In this document: in pieces, positions 17,541-27,460 of the stretch
Layout: every line of letters starts with the position of its first letter
Numbering within the stretch: position 1 is the stretch's first letter
Assembly: GCA_048886185.1 (NCBI GenBank)
Contig: JBHLKY010000017.1
Location: 85,837-117,836 of the forward strand
Direction: 5' to 3'
Origin: Candidatus Hermodarchaeota archaeon
Lineage (GTDB): Archaea; Asgardarchaeota; Heimdallarchaeia; Hodarchaeales; Hodarchaeaceae
DNA: 32,000 nucleotides
Made by a program: the position numbers and the translations under genes
The notes under the pieces: model-generated
Databases searched by the model: none
Told to the model about the DNA's origin: nothing
The model's input: the letters and a program-made list of their open reading frames with translations, nothing else

Positions 17541-19808
17541 ATGATTCCGAAGGTTTTAGTTATTGGTGAAAAACCCTCACAGATTAAAACTATAGCGAAC
17601 ACTCTTTTCGCCCAGAGCTCAACTGAAAAGTTTGCTAACCAATTGTACCTTCGGATAGGACAGTGGAACAATAAGGAACTAATTTTGATCCCATTGATAG
17701 GTCATATTACCAATATTGATACAGCAAAAGAATTTGGTTGGAATAAATGTCAACCACTGGATATTGTCACGAATACTAAAGCGTTAATCCTTCAAACAAA
17801 TCTGACTTTTCAGAGCATAATTAGCAAAAAAGCAAAAACTGTGAATGAACTGTGGTTGGCAACAGATCCTGACTCAGAAGGAGATAACATTGCCTATGAA
17901 GCCTATATGATCGCAGTAAAAGCTAACCCGTCTTTAAAACAAAGTACTAAACGAGTGTGGAATTCGTCTCTGACAAGACAGGAAATAATTCGAGCTTTCA
18001 AAAACCTAATTCCATGGGAACTCTATTTAGCACTAGCGGTACAAGGCCGTCGAATGGTTGATGCTTGGCTAGGATTTGCGGGAACAAGAGAGGTGACTAG
18101 AACAGCCAGACAAGTAATTAAACAACGCGGGGCGGTATTATCGGTTGGAAGAGTTCAATTGCCAACCTTAAAATTAATTGTAGATCGTGATCGAGAGAGA
18201 GATGAATTTCAACAGAAACTAAAGTATAACATACTCGCTGATGTCCTGAATGATGAGAGAGAAGAAGTACTCGTAACAGTTAAACATAACAAGTCACCGT
18301 TTGAAGAGAAGAAGAAAATTAAAACACTATTAAGCAAGATCAAGACCGCAAAAACAGGGAAAATAACTAAATTTGTGTCTTGGAAGACCAACACTCCCCC
18401 ACCACGTCCATGGAATACTACTGACGCATTAGCAGTATTAACTAAAGAATTAAACATAAAAGCGAATGTGGCTATGTCTCTCCTTACAACATTATACGAG
18501 AACAGTTATATTTCGTACCCACGAACTGAAAATCGCTGTTTTAAAGAAAATTATCCACATAATGAGATTCTAATAAAATTAAGAAAAATCTCGAAGTACC
18601 AACCATTCTTAGATCGGATTACCAATACCAGTCAAGTACGAACCAACGGAAAAAAACAGGGAGTAGAAGACCACGATCCGATCCATCCAACTGGTGAAAT
18701 CCCAACGGAAGACACGATGATCACAGACCTTCATTTGAAAGTATGGGATTATGTCTCTCGTTACTATATCGGGTTATTTCTACCTGACATGGTTCAGAAA
18801 CGAGGATCAGTTACAGTAACAATTAAAGAAGAACTTTTTAGTCAAAAATATCAACAAACAAGTGACGACGGCTGGGTCCAAGCGATTATTTGGAAAAAAC
18901 CAAAGGAGACACCAAAGTTTGTTTTCAAAGAGAATCAGATTGTACAGGTAGATAAAATCAGGAGTGAATCCTTCAAAACCAAACCACCCTCACAATGGAA
19001 TGATTCAACCTTGATCCGTCAGTTGGAAAAATTAAGGATCGGAACTAAATCAAGTCGTCCAGAAATAATCACCAAGTTAGAATCACGTAATTACATCGTC
19101 CGACGTAAAAAGATATTCTGTGAAAGTACATCAATGGGTCAGAAAATCATTCAGGTGTTTGAAAAAACGTGGCCAGATGTGGTTACACACAGCTTTACTC
19201 GAAAGGTAGAAGCATTAATGGATGAGGTTGCTACAAAAAAAGCTAGTTATGAAACTATGCTTGAAACGTTAAGACAAGACTACATTAGATTACATAACAA
19301 TCTTTTAATCCACTTGCCAGAATTGAGAGAACTTCTGAAACAAGAAATGGGTGAACAGAGAGAGGAGAACACAGGCCAAAAAAAAGCAGATCCAGCTGTA
19401 ATGATTTGTCCCCTTTGCCATCAAGGAAAGACAGTAAAAAGAATGAATCAAAAGACTAACAAAGTCTTCTTTGGATGCTCCCGTTACCCAGAATGTAAGT
19501 GGACCACACCAAGTAAAAAGACAAAGCAGGGGGAATTCATTCCTACAACAACATCGAAAGATATAGTAGGACCATGTCCCGATTGCAATGGAACACTCTT
19601 CCTTAAACGAATAAAGAATTATCGGCTTGTTGGATGTTCAAACTATCCTAAGTGCCAAAACACCTTTTTTTTACCAAAACGGGGTCGACTTACAGTACTA
19701 ATGAAAGAAAAATGTCTGGGATGTAAACACCAGATGATATCTCATGTGGAAAGAGTGTCAGGGGTATCACAAAAGAAGATCTTTTGTGTAGTCTGTCAAA
19801 ATCGATAA
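17541..19808 (+). CDS. topA: Type IA DNA topoisomerase with C-terminal zinc ribbons
   Basis: TOPRIM GEKP and ATDPDSEG, LSVGRVQLPTL, catalytic ISYPRT, IGTKSSR; ribbons CPLC..GCSRYPEC, CPDC..GCSNYPKC, CLGC..CVVC. Confidence 0.95.
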   Translation: MIPKVLVIGEKPSQIKTIANTLFAQSSTEKFANQLYLRIGQWNNKELILIPLIGHITNIDTAKEFGWNKCQPLDIVTNTKALILQTNLTFQSIISKKAKTVNELWLATDPDSEGDNIAYEAYMIAVKANPSLKQSTKRVWNSSLTRQEIIRAFKNLIPWELYLALAVQGRRMVDAWLGFAGTREVTRTARQVIKQRGAVLSVGRVQLPTLKLIVDRDRERDEFQQKLKYNILADVLNDEREEVLVTVKHNKSPFEEKKKIKTLLSKIKTAKTGKITKFVSWKTNTPPPRPWNTTDALAVLTKELNIKANVAMSLLTTLYENSYISYPRTENRCFKENYPHNEILIKLRKISKYQPFLDRITNTSQVRTNGKKQGVEDHDPIHPTGEIPTEDTMITDLHLKVWDYVSRYYIGLFLPDMVQKRGSVTVTIKEELFSQKYQQTSDDGWVQAIIWKKPKETPKFVFKENQIVQVDKIRSESFKTKPPSQWNDSTLIRQLEKLRIGTKSSRPEIITKLESRNYIVRRKKIFCESTSMGQKIIQVFEKTWPDVVTHSFTRKVEALMDEVATKKASYETMLETLRQDYIRLHNNLLIHLPELRELLKQEMGEQREENTGQKKADPAVMICPLCHQGKTVKRMNQKTNKVFFGCSRYPECKWTTPSKKTKQGEFIPTTTSKDIVGPCPDCNGTLFLKRIKNYRLVGCSNYPKCQNTFFLPKRGRLTVLMKEKCLGCKHQMISHVERVSGVSQKKIFCVVCQNR

Positions 19809-19883
19809 CAGGAAAGAGTAAATATTACATAATTTCATAGTTGCAATTTATAATCCCATTCAAACCGCACTTGGGGAAAAAAA

Positions 19884-20456
19884 ATGACTGAAGAAGACGT
19901 GTTAACACAAATTCAAAAAGATCTTCAATCAATCAAACTGATTTATCTGGACAATGTCCTAACAAGTTTAAATAGAATATCAGAAGACATGAGCGAACAT
20001 TTGAATAAAACAATGGTCAAAATCCAAGATTTGTTTGAGAAAAACACCAATTTCTTCATTCAACTGAGTGAAGAAAACAAAAGTATTTCAGCAGGAATAA
20101 CTACTTTGAAAGAAAATCAAGCAGATCAACTAGAAACTATTGGACAAATGCGAACCGTGCTTGAAAGTATTGTTAAAATTGATTTGCATAATTTAAAAAG
20201 TAGTTTCGGCATCCTTCGGAACGAATTTCAATTCTCTCATTGACAATTAGAGGAAAAAATCTATAATCTCTCAACACAATTCCAACAAATCAAATTAAGT
20301 ATTGATAATGAACGAAGAGACCATCTTGAGCGAATTATGAGATTCGTAGAGAAAATGGAAAAGCAGGGAGACCAGACAATAACTGAAGTAAAACGATTTG
20401 CCTCGCTTGTTCTCCAGAAACTGAAAGAAGATAAATCTTCAAAGAAAGAAGGTTAG
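19884..20456 (+). pseudogene. Coiled-coil protein gene interrupted by a single in-frame TGA (20241-20243); pseudogene, sequencing error or readthrough
   Basis: Frame stays open for 70 more codons after the TGA (QLEEKIYNLSTQFQQIK...KSSKKEG) to TAG at 20454-20456 with the same helical character. Confidence 0.7.
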
Positions 20457-20506
20457 CTTTTTTCAGAGAAAAGGAAGGTTTAAAAAAATGGATATAAATA
20501 TCTTAA

Positions 20507-21985
20507 ATGGGGATTTTGGCTATGAAAAAATCTTTAGTGATATTAATTCTAATAGTAATTTTGATTAGCTTTAACGATTTTTTATCCAATGTTCAGCACA
20601 AAGATGAAAAAAATTCAACAGATTCCGTTGTAGAGGAACTCCAAATAGACCTTAGTACCATGGAAGGCAATAATGTTGTACACGATGGTGTCGTGTCAGC
20701 TGCAGAGTATGATGTTTCGCTATCTCTTGACAGTGACTTTAAATTCTCTTATACGATAGACGGTACCAATATTTTCATGGCTATTGAGGGAAAAACCGTT
20801 GGATGGGTTGCTATTGGTATTGATCCTATATCAGATTCGAATATAACAGAAGCAGACATTATCATTGGGTATTTTAGTGATACTTTAGGTCATGCAATCC
20901 GAGATGACTATGCCAATACTTCAACTGCTCATTATAATGACACTATTTTCGGGGGAACCAATGATATTCTATCCTTCAATATGAGCGAAATCAAAATCAC
21001 GGGAAAAACTTGGACCACTCTTGAGTTCAGTCGCAAGCTAAATACACTGGATGGCTACGATAAGCCCATTACTGTTGGAGCAAATACATCTCTTTATTGG
21101 GCTTATAGCGATGCAGATGATTTTACAGCAGTAGCTACTACCCAGGGTTTTTCATCAACTATCTTTCAAGAATATAGTGTTCCCAGTCCTCCTCTAAATT
21201 TGATTGCCACTCCTGGTAATGAGTCAGTAACATTAAATTGGAGCTCCCCATTAGATGACGGAAATCTGGATATTTTTAGGTTTAATGTTTATCGATCTCG
21301 GGACAATACAAGTAACTATGCTCTGATAGGAATAAATACCTCAACTACTGGTTACTTTGATACAAGTGTCATAAATGGAGTGAGATATTTCTATGTTGTT
21401 ACTGCAGAAAACAGTAAAGGAGAGAGTATTGAATCAAATGAAATTAAGTTAATTCCTGGTACTCCTAGCCCTCCTCTGAATTTAAATTTAACGAGTGATA
21501 CAACTCAAATAATTTTGAATTGGAATGTTCCTCAAACTAACAGCAGCTATACGATTATAAAATATATCATTTATCGTTCTTCTACCAGTGGGGGTCCGTA
21601 TATTAACCTTGCCAATACAACTGCATTAAGTTTTATAGATACCACGGTTCTAGAAGGTAATACCTATTATTATATAGTAACAGCCATTAATAGCATAGGT
21701 GAAAGCGAAAACTCCAACGAGGTGAGTATTGTCATACCAGGTACCACTAGCGAACCCACAACATCACCCTCTATCACAATTACTGCACAAACCTCTTCTG
21801 CAACTACTGGTCCATCAATTTCTAAAACCACTGCCGCTTCAACCCCTGAAACTACTTCAGAATCCTCTCTCGAAAGTATTACGTCTTCCTCTTCTACTCC
21901 AAAGAGGGGAACATTTTTCAGTATCATAGCTGTGATATCAGTCGTAGGTTTTCTAGCTATTTTTAAACGGAAAGAACAGAAATGA
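20507..21985 (+). CDS. Surface protein: DOMON domain + 2x fibronectin type III + S/T stalk + C-terminal TM anchor
   Basis: GWVAIG, ADIIIG, IRDDY, GGTNDI, LEFSRKLNT, WAY (DOMON); two PSPPLNL...W..P...Y.(V/I)YRS...Y(Y/F)Y.VTA.N..GES repeats; start may be ATG 20522. Confidence 0.88.
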   Translation: MGILAMKKSLVILILIVILISFNDFLSNVQHKDEKNSTDSVVEELQIDLSTMEGNNVVHDGVVSAAEYDVSLSLDSDFKFSYTIDGTNIFMAIEGKTVGWVAIGIDPISDSNITEADIIIGYFSDTLGHAIRDDYANTSTAHYNDTIFGGTNDILSFNMSEIKITGKTWTTLEFSRKLNTLDGYDKPITVGANTSLYWAYSDADDFTAVATTQGFSSTIFQEYSVPSPPLNLIATPGNESVTLNWSSPLDDGNLDIFRFNVYRSRDNTSNYALIGINTSTTGYFDTSVINGVRYFYVVTAENSKGESIESNEIKLIPGTPSPPLNLNLTSDTTQIILNWNVPQTNSSYTIIKYIIYRSSTSGGPYINLANTTALSFIDTTVLEGNTYYYIVTAINSIGESENSNEVSIVIPGTTSEPTTSPSITITAQTSSATTGPSISKTTAASTPETTSESSLESITSSSSTPKRGTFFSIIAVISVVGFLAIFKRKEQK

Positions 21986-22319
21986 TGAATGAAATTGAGA
22001 GATTTTATTTTTTTTTAAAATATAGATTGATAAATCATGATTAAAGACAAAATAAAGGTCGAATTCAGATTTTCTTTAGGAAGCATTAACTGAGAGGGAA
22101 AACTGTTGTTCCACGGAATCTACTACCAGATGAAATTTATATCCTATTACTGGTAGCTGCAGGAGGATTTCTCGTGTTTTTCTATTTTCTCTTTCTATTT
22201 TGAATGATCCTTAATTCATCATCACTGAGGGAGAGAACCTGATCTCCACTAAGTCATACCTTCTCCTATTATTAATTCCTTCAACAATGTGGGAATATTT
22301 CTGATGGTTTCCCTCATCG

Positions 22320-24248
22320 TTAAGACTTCTTTAAGAATCGAACTTTCTTTGGCACGATGAGAAGCGTAAGGAAAAAAATCACCGAAAGTAAAGTGAATCC
22401 TGGAGTTAAGTCTCCATTTGGCTCTGAAATCGACTCTGTCTTCATGAGATACATGGAATCTTTAGGCATTCTATAATCTCCACCCGCCAGTGCAAATCCC
22501 CCGTCAGCTGTTTGAACCAGGGCATTTGCTTGGTCAATTTCATATAATCCTCCATATGTCTCATTCCATTGCTCAATCCCATTTGCATCTGTTTTTACAA
22601 GCCACAAATCAGATAGCGGTGCACCCATTAGATGAGTATATCCTGCAAGTGCAAATCCTCCATCCGCAGTCTGTACAACAGCATTAGCTCTATCGTCCCC
22701 TATCCCACCATAAGTTTGATTCCACTGGACATCACCATTAGTATCAGTCTTCGCAAGCCACATGTCCATCCCTCTGGTACCAAAATCCTGTGTGTATGTT
22801 CCAGCTAAGATGAATTCACCATCAGTAGTCTGGAGGAGAGAATAGATAGATCCTTCATAAGTGTGGTTCCACTGTGTGACACCATCCGCATCAGTTTTAA
22901 CGAGGTCCGAAGATCCTGCCAGTGCAAATCCCCCGTCAGCAGTCTGGAGAAGCGAATAAGCCCCTGGCTGATCATAACTTTTTCTCCACTCTAATTTTCC
23001 ATTTTTATCAGTCTTCACCAATGTCATGTTCCAAATATCCACAGCGTGTACATAATCAAAGGAGGTAGAAATCCCAGCCAGAGCAAATCCACCATCAGAA
23101 GTTTGGATCAGAGCATGGGCCTGGTCACTATCACGGTGACCCTCTGTACCTCCATAAGTTTGGGTCCATTCTTCATTACCCTTGGAATCTGTTTTCACCA
23201 ACCACATCTCAGTGTCATATTCTTCCCCAAAAGATCTTTTAAAACCTCCAAGGGCATATCCCCCATCCGTGGTCTGGATAAGCGAATACGCCAGCTCATA
23301 ATCTGTTCCCCCATATGTTTGGTTCCACTGAACAACGCCCTTGGAATTTGTCTTCACCAACCACATGTCCATCCCTCCAGCACCATAAGCCTGTGTGCCT
23401 CCCACTAATGCAAATCCTCCGTCAGCTGTCTGGAGAAGTCCATATGCCTCTGTCCCGTTGTATGTCTGATTCCATTCCATTTTTGGTGAAACTTCTACAT
23501 CTTCTGTTTCTTGTGGAATGAGGACTTGGATGTTGTCAAACCAAGCGATTGCTGTCCCAGTTTCTGAAGGACTAGGAACTGGACTGTAAGGATACTGTGA
23601 TGCTGCTGGATTACCCCACTCTAATCCGAACTCCACGGTTACCTGGGGTTCTTGGAATGCATAGTGATAACCAAGTAATGGGATATTTTGACTGTATGTT
23701 GTCCATTTTTCTGAACGACCATCCGCATCCACCCGTGAGAGATAGTCAGGAAAAGGACTTTCAGGAGGGTTATGTAGTCGAACATAGGGGAATGTATGAT
23801 TTAGATCCAATGTACCTTCAAAAAAATACTTCATTTGAAAGCTAATAGTTACCCAGGCTGGAGGTTTGGATTCAGGAAACGTAAAAGAAGTAGTTGCCCT
23901 AACACTAGTTTTGTGCCTTAGGTTAAGCGGCGTACTCCCATTCTCTGATATAGTTAATTTGACAGACCTTTCTCCCTCTGTGAAAGTTGTATAATCGTAT
24001 TCCCATGTTCCTTTTGTGTCGTCAGGAACCACTGTATCAAGTAATAATAGAGAGACCGAGCTGAAGTCCCAAGCTGAATCCTCCTCAAAATACGGATCAG
24101 GAATATAATTCTTCAACGTGTATCCCTGGGAAACCATCCTGCTTACTATAGATGCCTTTATTGCTATTGAATCATGATATACAGAGATGTTTATTGATAG
24201 AACTACCATTGACACAATGATAGCTGTTAGAATGAGGTTTTTTTTCAT
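22320..24248 (-). CDS. Surface protein: CBM-like beta-sandwich + 7-repeat beta-propeller + PGF-type C-terminal anchor
   Basis: Signal peptide; DPYFEE..W...WFDNIQV sandwich pattern; seven QTxDGG(F/Y)ALxG-type repeats with LVKTDxNG...WNQTYGG; ends TPGF+TM+KKVRFLKKS. Confidence 0.8.
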   Translation of the reverse strand: MKKNLILTAIIVSMVVLSINISVYHDSIAIKASIVSRMVSQGYTLKNYIPDPYFEEDSAWDFSSVSLLLLDTVVPDDTKGTWEYDYTTFTEGERSVKLTISENGSTPLNLRHKTSVRATTSFTFPESKPPAWVTISFQMKYFFEGTLDLNHTFPYVRLHNPPESPFPDYLSRVDADGRSEKWTTYSQNIPLLGYHYAFQEPQVTVEFGLEWGNPAASQYPYSPVPSPSETGTAIAWFDNIQVLIPQETEDVEVSPKMEWNQTYNGTEAYGLLQTADGGFALVGGTQAYGAGGMDMWLVKTNSKGVVQWNQTYGGTDYELAYSLIQTTDGGYALGGFKRSFGEEYDTEMWLVKTDSKGNEEWTQTYGGTEGHRDSDQAHALIQTSDGGFALAGISTSFDYVHAVDIWNMTLVKTDKNGKLEWRKSYDQPGAYSLLQTADGGFALAGSSDLVKTDADGVTQWNHTYEGSIYSLLQTTDGEFILAGTYTQDFGTRGMDMWLAKTDTNGDVQWNQTYGGIGDDRANAVVQTADGGFALAGYTHLMGAPLSDLWLVKTDANGIEQWNETYGGLYEIDQANALVQTADGGFALAGGDYRMPKDSMYLMKTESISEPNGDLTPGFTLLSVIFFLTLLIVPKKVRFLKKS

Positions 24249-24569
24249 TAAGAATTCTCCTTGGTTTCTTTCCAGCTAACCTATTTTTTGCTGGGGCAAC
24301 AACTCCAAAAAAAAATAGCTTTCGTGTCCCTCTAAACTTCTATACTTTTATCGTATATAAATTTTCCCAAACTTAACTTCCACCCTCTGATACCAAATAT
24401 CCTTTTACCTTTAATGAAGTATCTTATCTATTGGAATAAATATCGGAGCTGAAATGTTCCTTTTAGGTTTAAGAGGCTAAAATTTGATTGACACTGACAA
24501 ATTAAAGGCCTTTTTGATAGGGAAACACTGTTCTTTTCTTAACACAGATGATCCTGACATGACAAGTAA

Positions 24570-25835
24570 TCACTTCTTTTTCTTTCTCTGAATACTAAGG
24601 AGAAGGAGAAGCGATAAGAGGTAGCTAAGCAGCGACATTCCTGCGGTAGAACGAGATTTTGTTTCATAGTTCGATAGAGGAGAAGATGTGAGCGAATGAG
24701 TTTCGGTTAGAAAAGGAACAGTATTGTTTATAGAAAACTCATCTGAAATTGCTTCCATCGATAAGAAAGTATCAGTTTCTTCTAAACATATAGCCGTCAC
24801 TCGGATTTTATATGTGCCATCTTGATAACTTGAGGTGTCCCAGGTATAAGTAGTGCTGATTTCGTACGCAGCAAACCTATACCAAGTAATACCACTATCG
24901 TTGGAATAATCCAGATGATACAATAGATCATGCTTCCAGGTATCTGAAGCTTTCCAATAGAGAGTAACGTTCGAAAACAACTGGTCACCATGATTCGGGT
25001 TGAGTATTTCAAGGGAGGATAATTCGTGAGGATACCATATTTCGAGACTATCTAGCATAACAACGCTACAATTCACCAGATCACGGAACATAAATGCATC
25101 TGATATTGATCCTGCATCATCGGTGATTCCATTATATCCATAATGAAAAGGAATTACGTACATAAGATCTGAAGAGTTCTTAATAAGCTCTACAGCCACA
25201 GCTGCATCAGTTGCGTTCATAATAGATAATCCTCCTACTGGTAAAAGTGCTATGTCGGTTTCAATAGTTGCCATCTCTGGAATCGGTCCCGTATCCCCTG
25301 CCACATAAATTCTCACCATCCCGAAATCTATGATTACACCTAATCCATCATCTTCAGGACGGTGATAGGGTTCTCCATTCGGACGAAACCGATGTATATT
25401 ATATGCAGGGACAAATTCAAAGTCAATCCCATCAAATGATAAAACATCTCCAGGTCTAACTATATAATCTCCTGGTGTTTGAGGGGAACTAATTATAATG
25501 GTATGTGGATCAGTTAATTTCTCAATGTCGTTAGGTGAGTAATGCGGAGCGTGGTTATGTGTAATTATAATAAAATCTGCTGGTTCTTCATGCACATGAA
25601 TTTCAATAGGGTCAATATAGACAATTAGCTCACTTGAGTTAAGTTTTACTGCTTCACTAAGATACCAACGAATGCTTACACCGCTGTACTGAAACTGTTC
25701 ACCTGCTTCTATAATAGCTTTCTGATTATTATTAAAAATCATGGATAGATTACTAGTGGAAGTGGCTGTGATCATTAATGAAGTTGTACTTAATGTAGTG
25801 AGAACAATTAGTATTATTACATAATATTTTTTCAT
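24570..25835 (-). CDS. Exported MBL-fold metallo-hydrolase with C-terminal Ig/FN3-like domain and TM anchor
   Basis: YIDP, THNHAPH, VPAYN, YVAGDT, LLPVGG, IPFHYG; then ILNPNHG...W..SD...YSND.G.TW...WDT...Y.IRV.A; ends TM+RKKKK. Confidence 0.82.
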   Translation of the reverse strand: MKKYYVIILIVLTTLSTTSLMITATSTSNLSMIFNNNQKAIIEAGEQFQYSGVSIRWYLSEAVKLNSSELIVYIDPIEIHVHEEPADFIIITHNHAPHYSPNDIEKLTDPHTIIISSPQTPGDYIVRPGDVLSFDGIDFEFVPAYNIHRFRPNGEPYHRPEDDGLGVIIDFGMVRIYVAGDTGPIPEMATIETDIALLPVGGLSIMNATDAAVAVELIKNSSDLMYVIPFHYGYNGITDDAGSISDAFMFRDLVNCSVVMLDSLEIWYPHELSSLEILNPNHGDQLFSNVTLYWKASDTWKHDLLYHLDYSNDSGITWYRFAAYEISTTYTWDTSSYQDGTYKIRVTAICLEETDTFLSMEAISDEFSINNTVPFLTETHSLTSSPLSNYETKSRSTAGMSLLSYLLSLLLLLSIQRKKKK

Positions 25836-25997
25836 TTTACCTGACTCTATTCATTTTTAAACTGGTTATATTGCGAAAAGAGATTTTTTTATGATTCCAA
25901 AGTATGGAATAATATATTTCTTCCATATTATGGAAACGTTTTTTAAGATTACTATTAAAGCTAAAGTAACTTGAAAGTTTACCCCAGGTTATAACGT

Positions 25998-26609
25998 ATG
26001 AAAAAATCAAGTAAAAGAGATGAATATCTATCCAGCAAAGCTATTTTCAAAGGATTGATCCGATTTTTATTGTTTCGCGATGGCGAACTTACAGCAAAAC
26101 AACTACAAGTTAAAACCGGATTGAAACGGCAGAGCTGCTATAATTATCTCAAAGAATTAAAGGAGGAAGGAAAAGTACGTGTACGATCTGAAAAAGATGA
26201 AAACAGATCCAATATAATTGTTACATACTATTCTATAAAGCATGAACCTCCTCCCAAAGACTATGACACTCTTTCAGAGAGGATTAAACAAGATAGTATG
26301 GATGATGAAAAAATGTTAACAAGGATTAAGTCAGCTCTCGAAGCGAATATCGGTGCGTTACTTGAAATTTCAACAGCTATTAACCGTATGAAACCTCAAG
26401 AAGTAGCAAAATATGTTAAATGTGACCCTATTGTGTGGGGTTTTTATGGTTTTACAGCATTACTTACAGATGAAGAGTATAGTGAGTTGATAACAGAATT
26501 CAAGAGTTTATATGATCGATTAAACGCTAAGTGGGAACGTAATAATACACAGGATACTCATTCAGGAAATGTCTTCACATTTACTTTCTATAAAACTATC
26601 CCTGAATAA
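25998..26609 (+). CDS. Winged-helix transcriptional regulator (ArsR-like N-terminal HTH), divergent from the MBL gene
   Basis: DGELTAKQLQVKTGLKRQSCYNYLKELKEEGKV; C-terminal LTDEEYSELITEF dimerisation-type helix. Confidence 0.8.
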   Translation: MKKSSKRDEYLSSKAIFKGLIRFLLFRDGELTAKQLQVKTGLKRQSCYNYLKELKEEGKVRVRSEKDENRSNIIVTYYSIKHEPPPKDYDTLSERIKQDSMDDEKMLTRIKSALEANIGALLEISTAINRMKPQEVAKYVKCDPIVWGFYGFTALLTDEEYSELITEFKSLYDRLNAKWERNNTQDTHSGNVFTFTFYKTIPE

Positions 26610-26651
26610 TTTATAAGATTCTTGTTCTGATTAACCTAAATTAGTTAAAAA

Positions 26652-26960
26652 CTATCTTTTTTCAGCTTTGACTGTCTTTTCAGCAGCCTCTCGTCTCTTC
26701 TTAGCTTCATTGATCTGTTTTTTTTCTTCTAATTTGAGAGTTTTTTCCCCCACTTCTATTTTCTTTTTAATTTCGCTAATACGTTTCATTTGTTCTGATT
26801 TAAGATCTTTAACTTTCCTTATTTTCCTCTCTTCTACCTGAAGATGTTTTGCTTCCTTGATCTTTTCTTCAGCTTTTTTGGCTAAATTTACAGCTTCATC
26901 TCGTTTCTTAAAGGATTCTTTTCGTAATTTTTCAGCTTCTTTATATTTCCTTTCACTCAT
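26652..26960 (-). CDS. Hypothetical Lys/Glu-rich coiled-coil protein
   Basis: 102 aa, mostly K/E/R/A, ATG start. Confidence 0.6.
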   Translation of the reverse strand: MSERKYKEAEKLRKESFKKRDEAVNLAKKAEEKIKEAKHLQVEERKIRKVKDLKSEQMKRISEIKKKIEVGEKTLKLEEKKQINEAKKRREAAEKTVKAEKR

Positions 26961-26984
26961 AATTTTTCCACCAAATTATTTTAA

Positions 26985-27413
26985 CTAGGACAAGTAAAAG
27001 ATTCATTAAAAATATTTTACCCTCAATGTGACTTGAGAAGGATAATTCGTAATGAAAGTGGAGACTCAAGTGTGTTTGAAACTTATATAAAGAAGACTTT
27101 TGTACGAGAAGATACCATATCCTATTGACAGATCGTGTCTAGTTTGAAATTAAAGCTGAAGTCCTTTTTTGACATTCTAGTTATCTTTGCTTTATTTTGT
27201 TGCAAGATGAGGAATAATGCCATTAATGACCTCAGTGCCGTTCAAAGATCTTTCAATGAAGTAGTAATTAAGATCTCCCTCTACAGTTCGGCGATTATTG
27301 AGTTTCATACTTTTATACCTCAATTTATGAAACAGGACTGGACAGAGGATATTGAGGACTAACGCAATCTTTCGAAGATATTCCGTCAAAATTTTGCCCA
27401 TCGAGAATGGTAA
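26985..27413 (+). pseudogene. Possible decayed gene of unknown family
   Basis: One + frame runs 143 codons with only two internal stops (TGA 27126, TAA 27360), which is few for AT-rich DNA; no recognisable motif; an 80-aa minus-strand ORF overlaps. Confidence 0.3.
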
Positions 27414-27460
27414 GATAAACTCTCTTTTAAGCAATACAAAAACAATAAAGAAAATATAAG

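Noticed and set aside
21986-22319. Hydrophobic and charged peptide fragments in the intergenic region
   Set aside because: Short, stop-interrupted and without a start or motif; a gene remnant cannot be supported.
736-23845. Short overlapping ORFs in the track (736-1083, 2362-2589, 4124-4490 set, 5983-6231, 6349-7154 set, 7364-7570, 9132-9338, 17471-17671, 18209-18457, 21670-21929, 22490-23845 set; also 24797-25012, 27560-27826, 28188-28388)
   Set aside because: They are antisense or alternate-frame shadows of well-supported genes, with no motifs.
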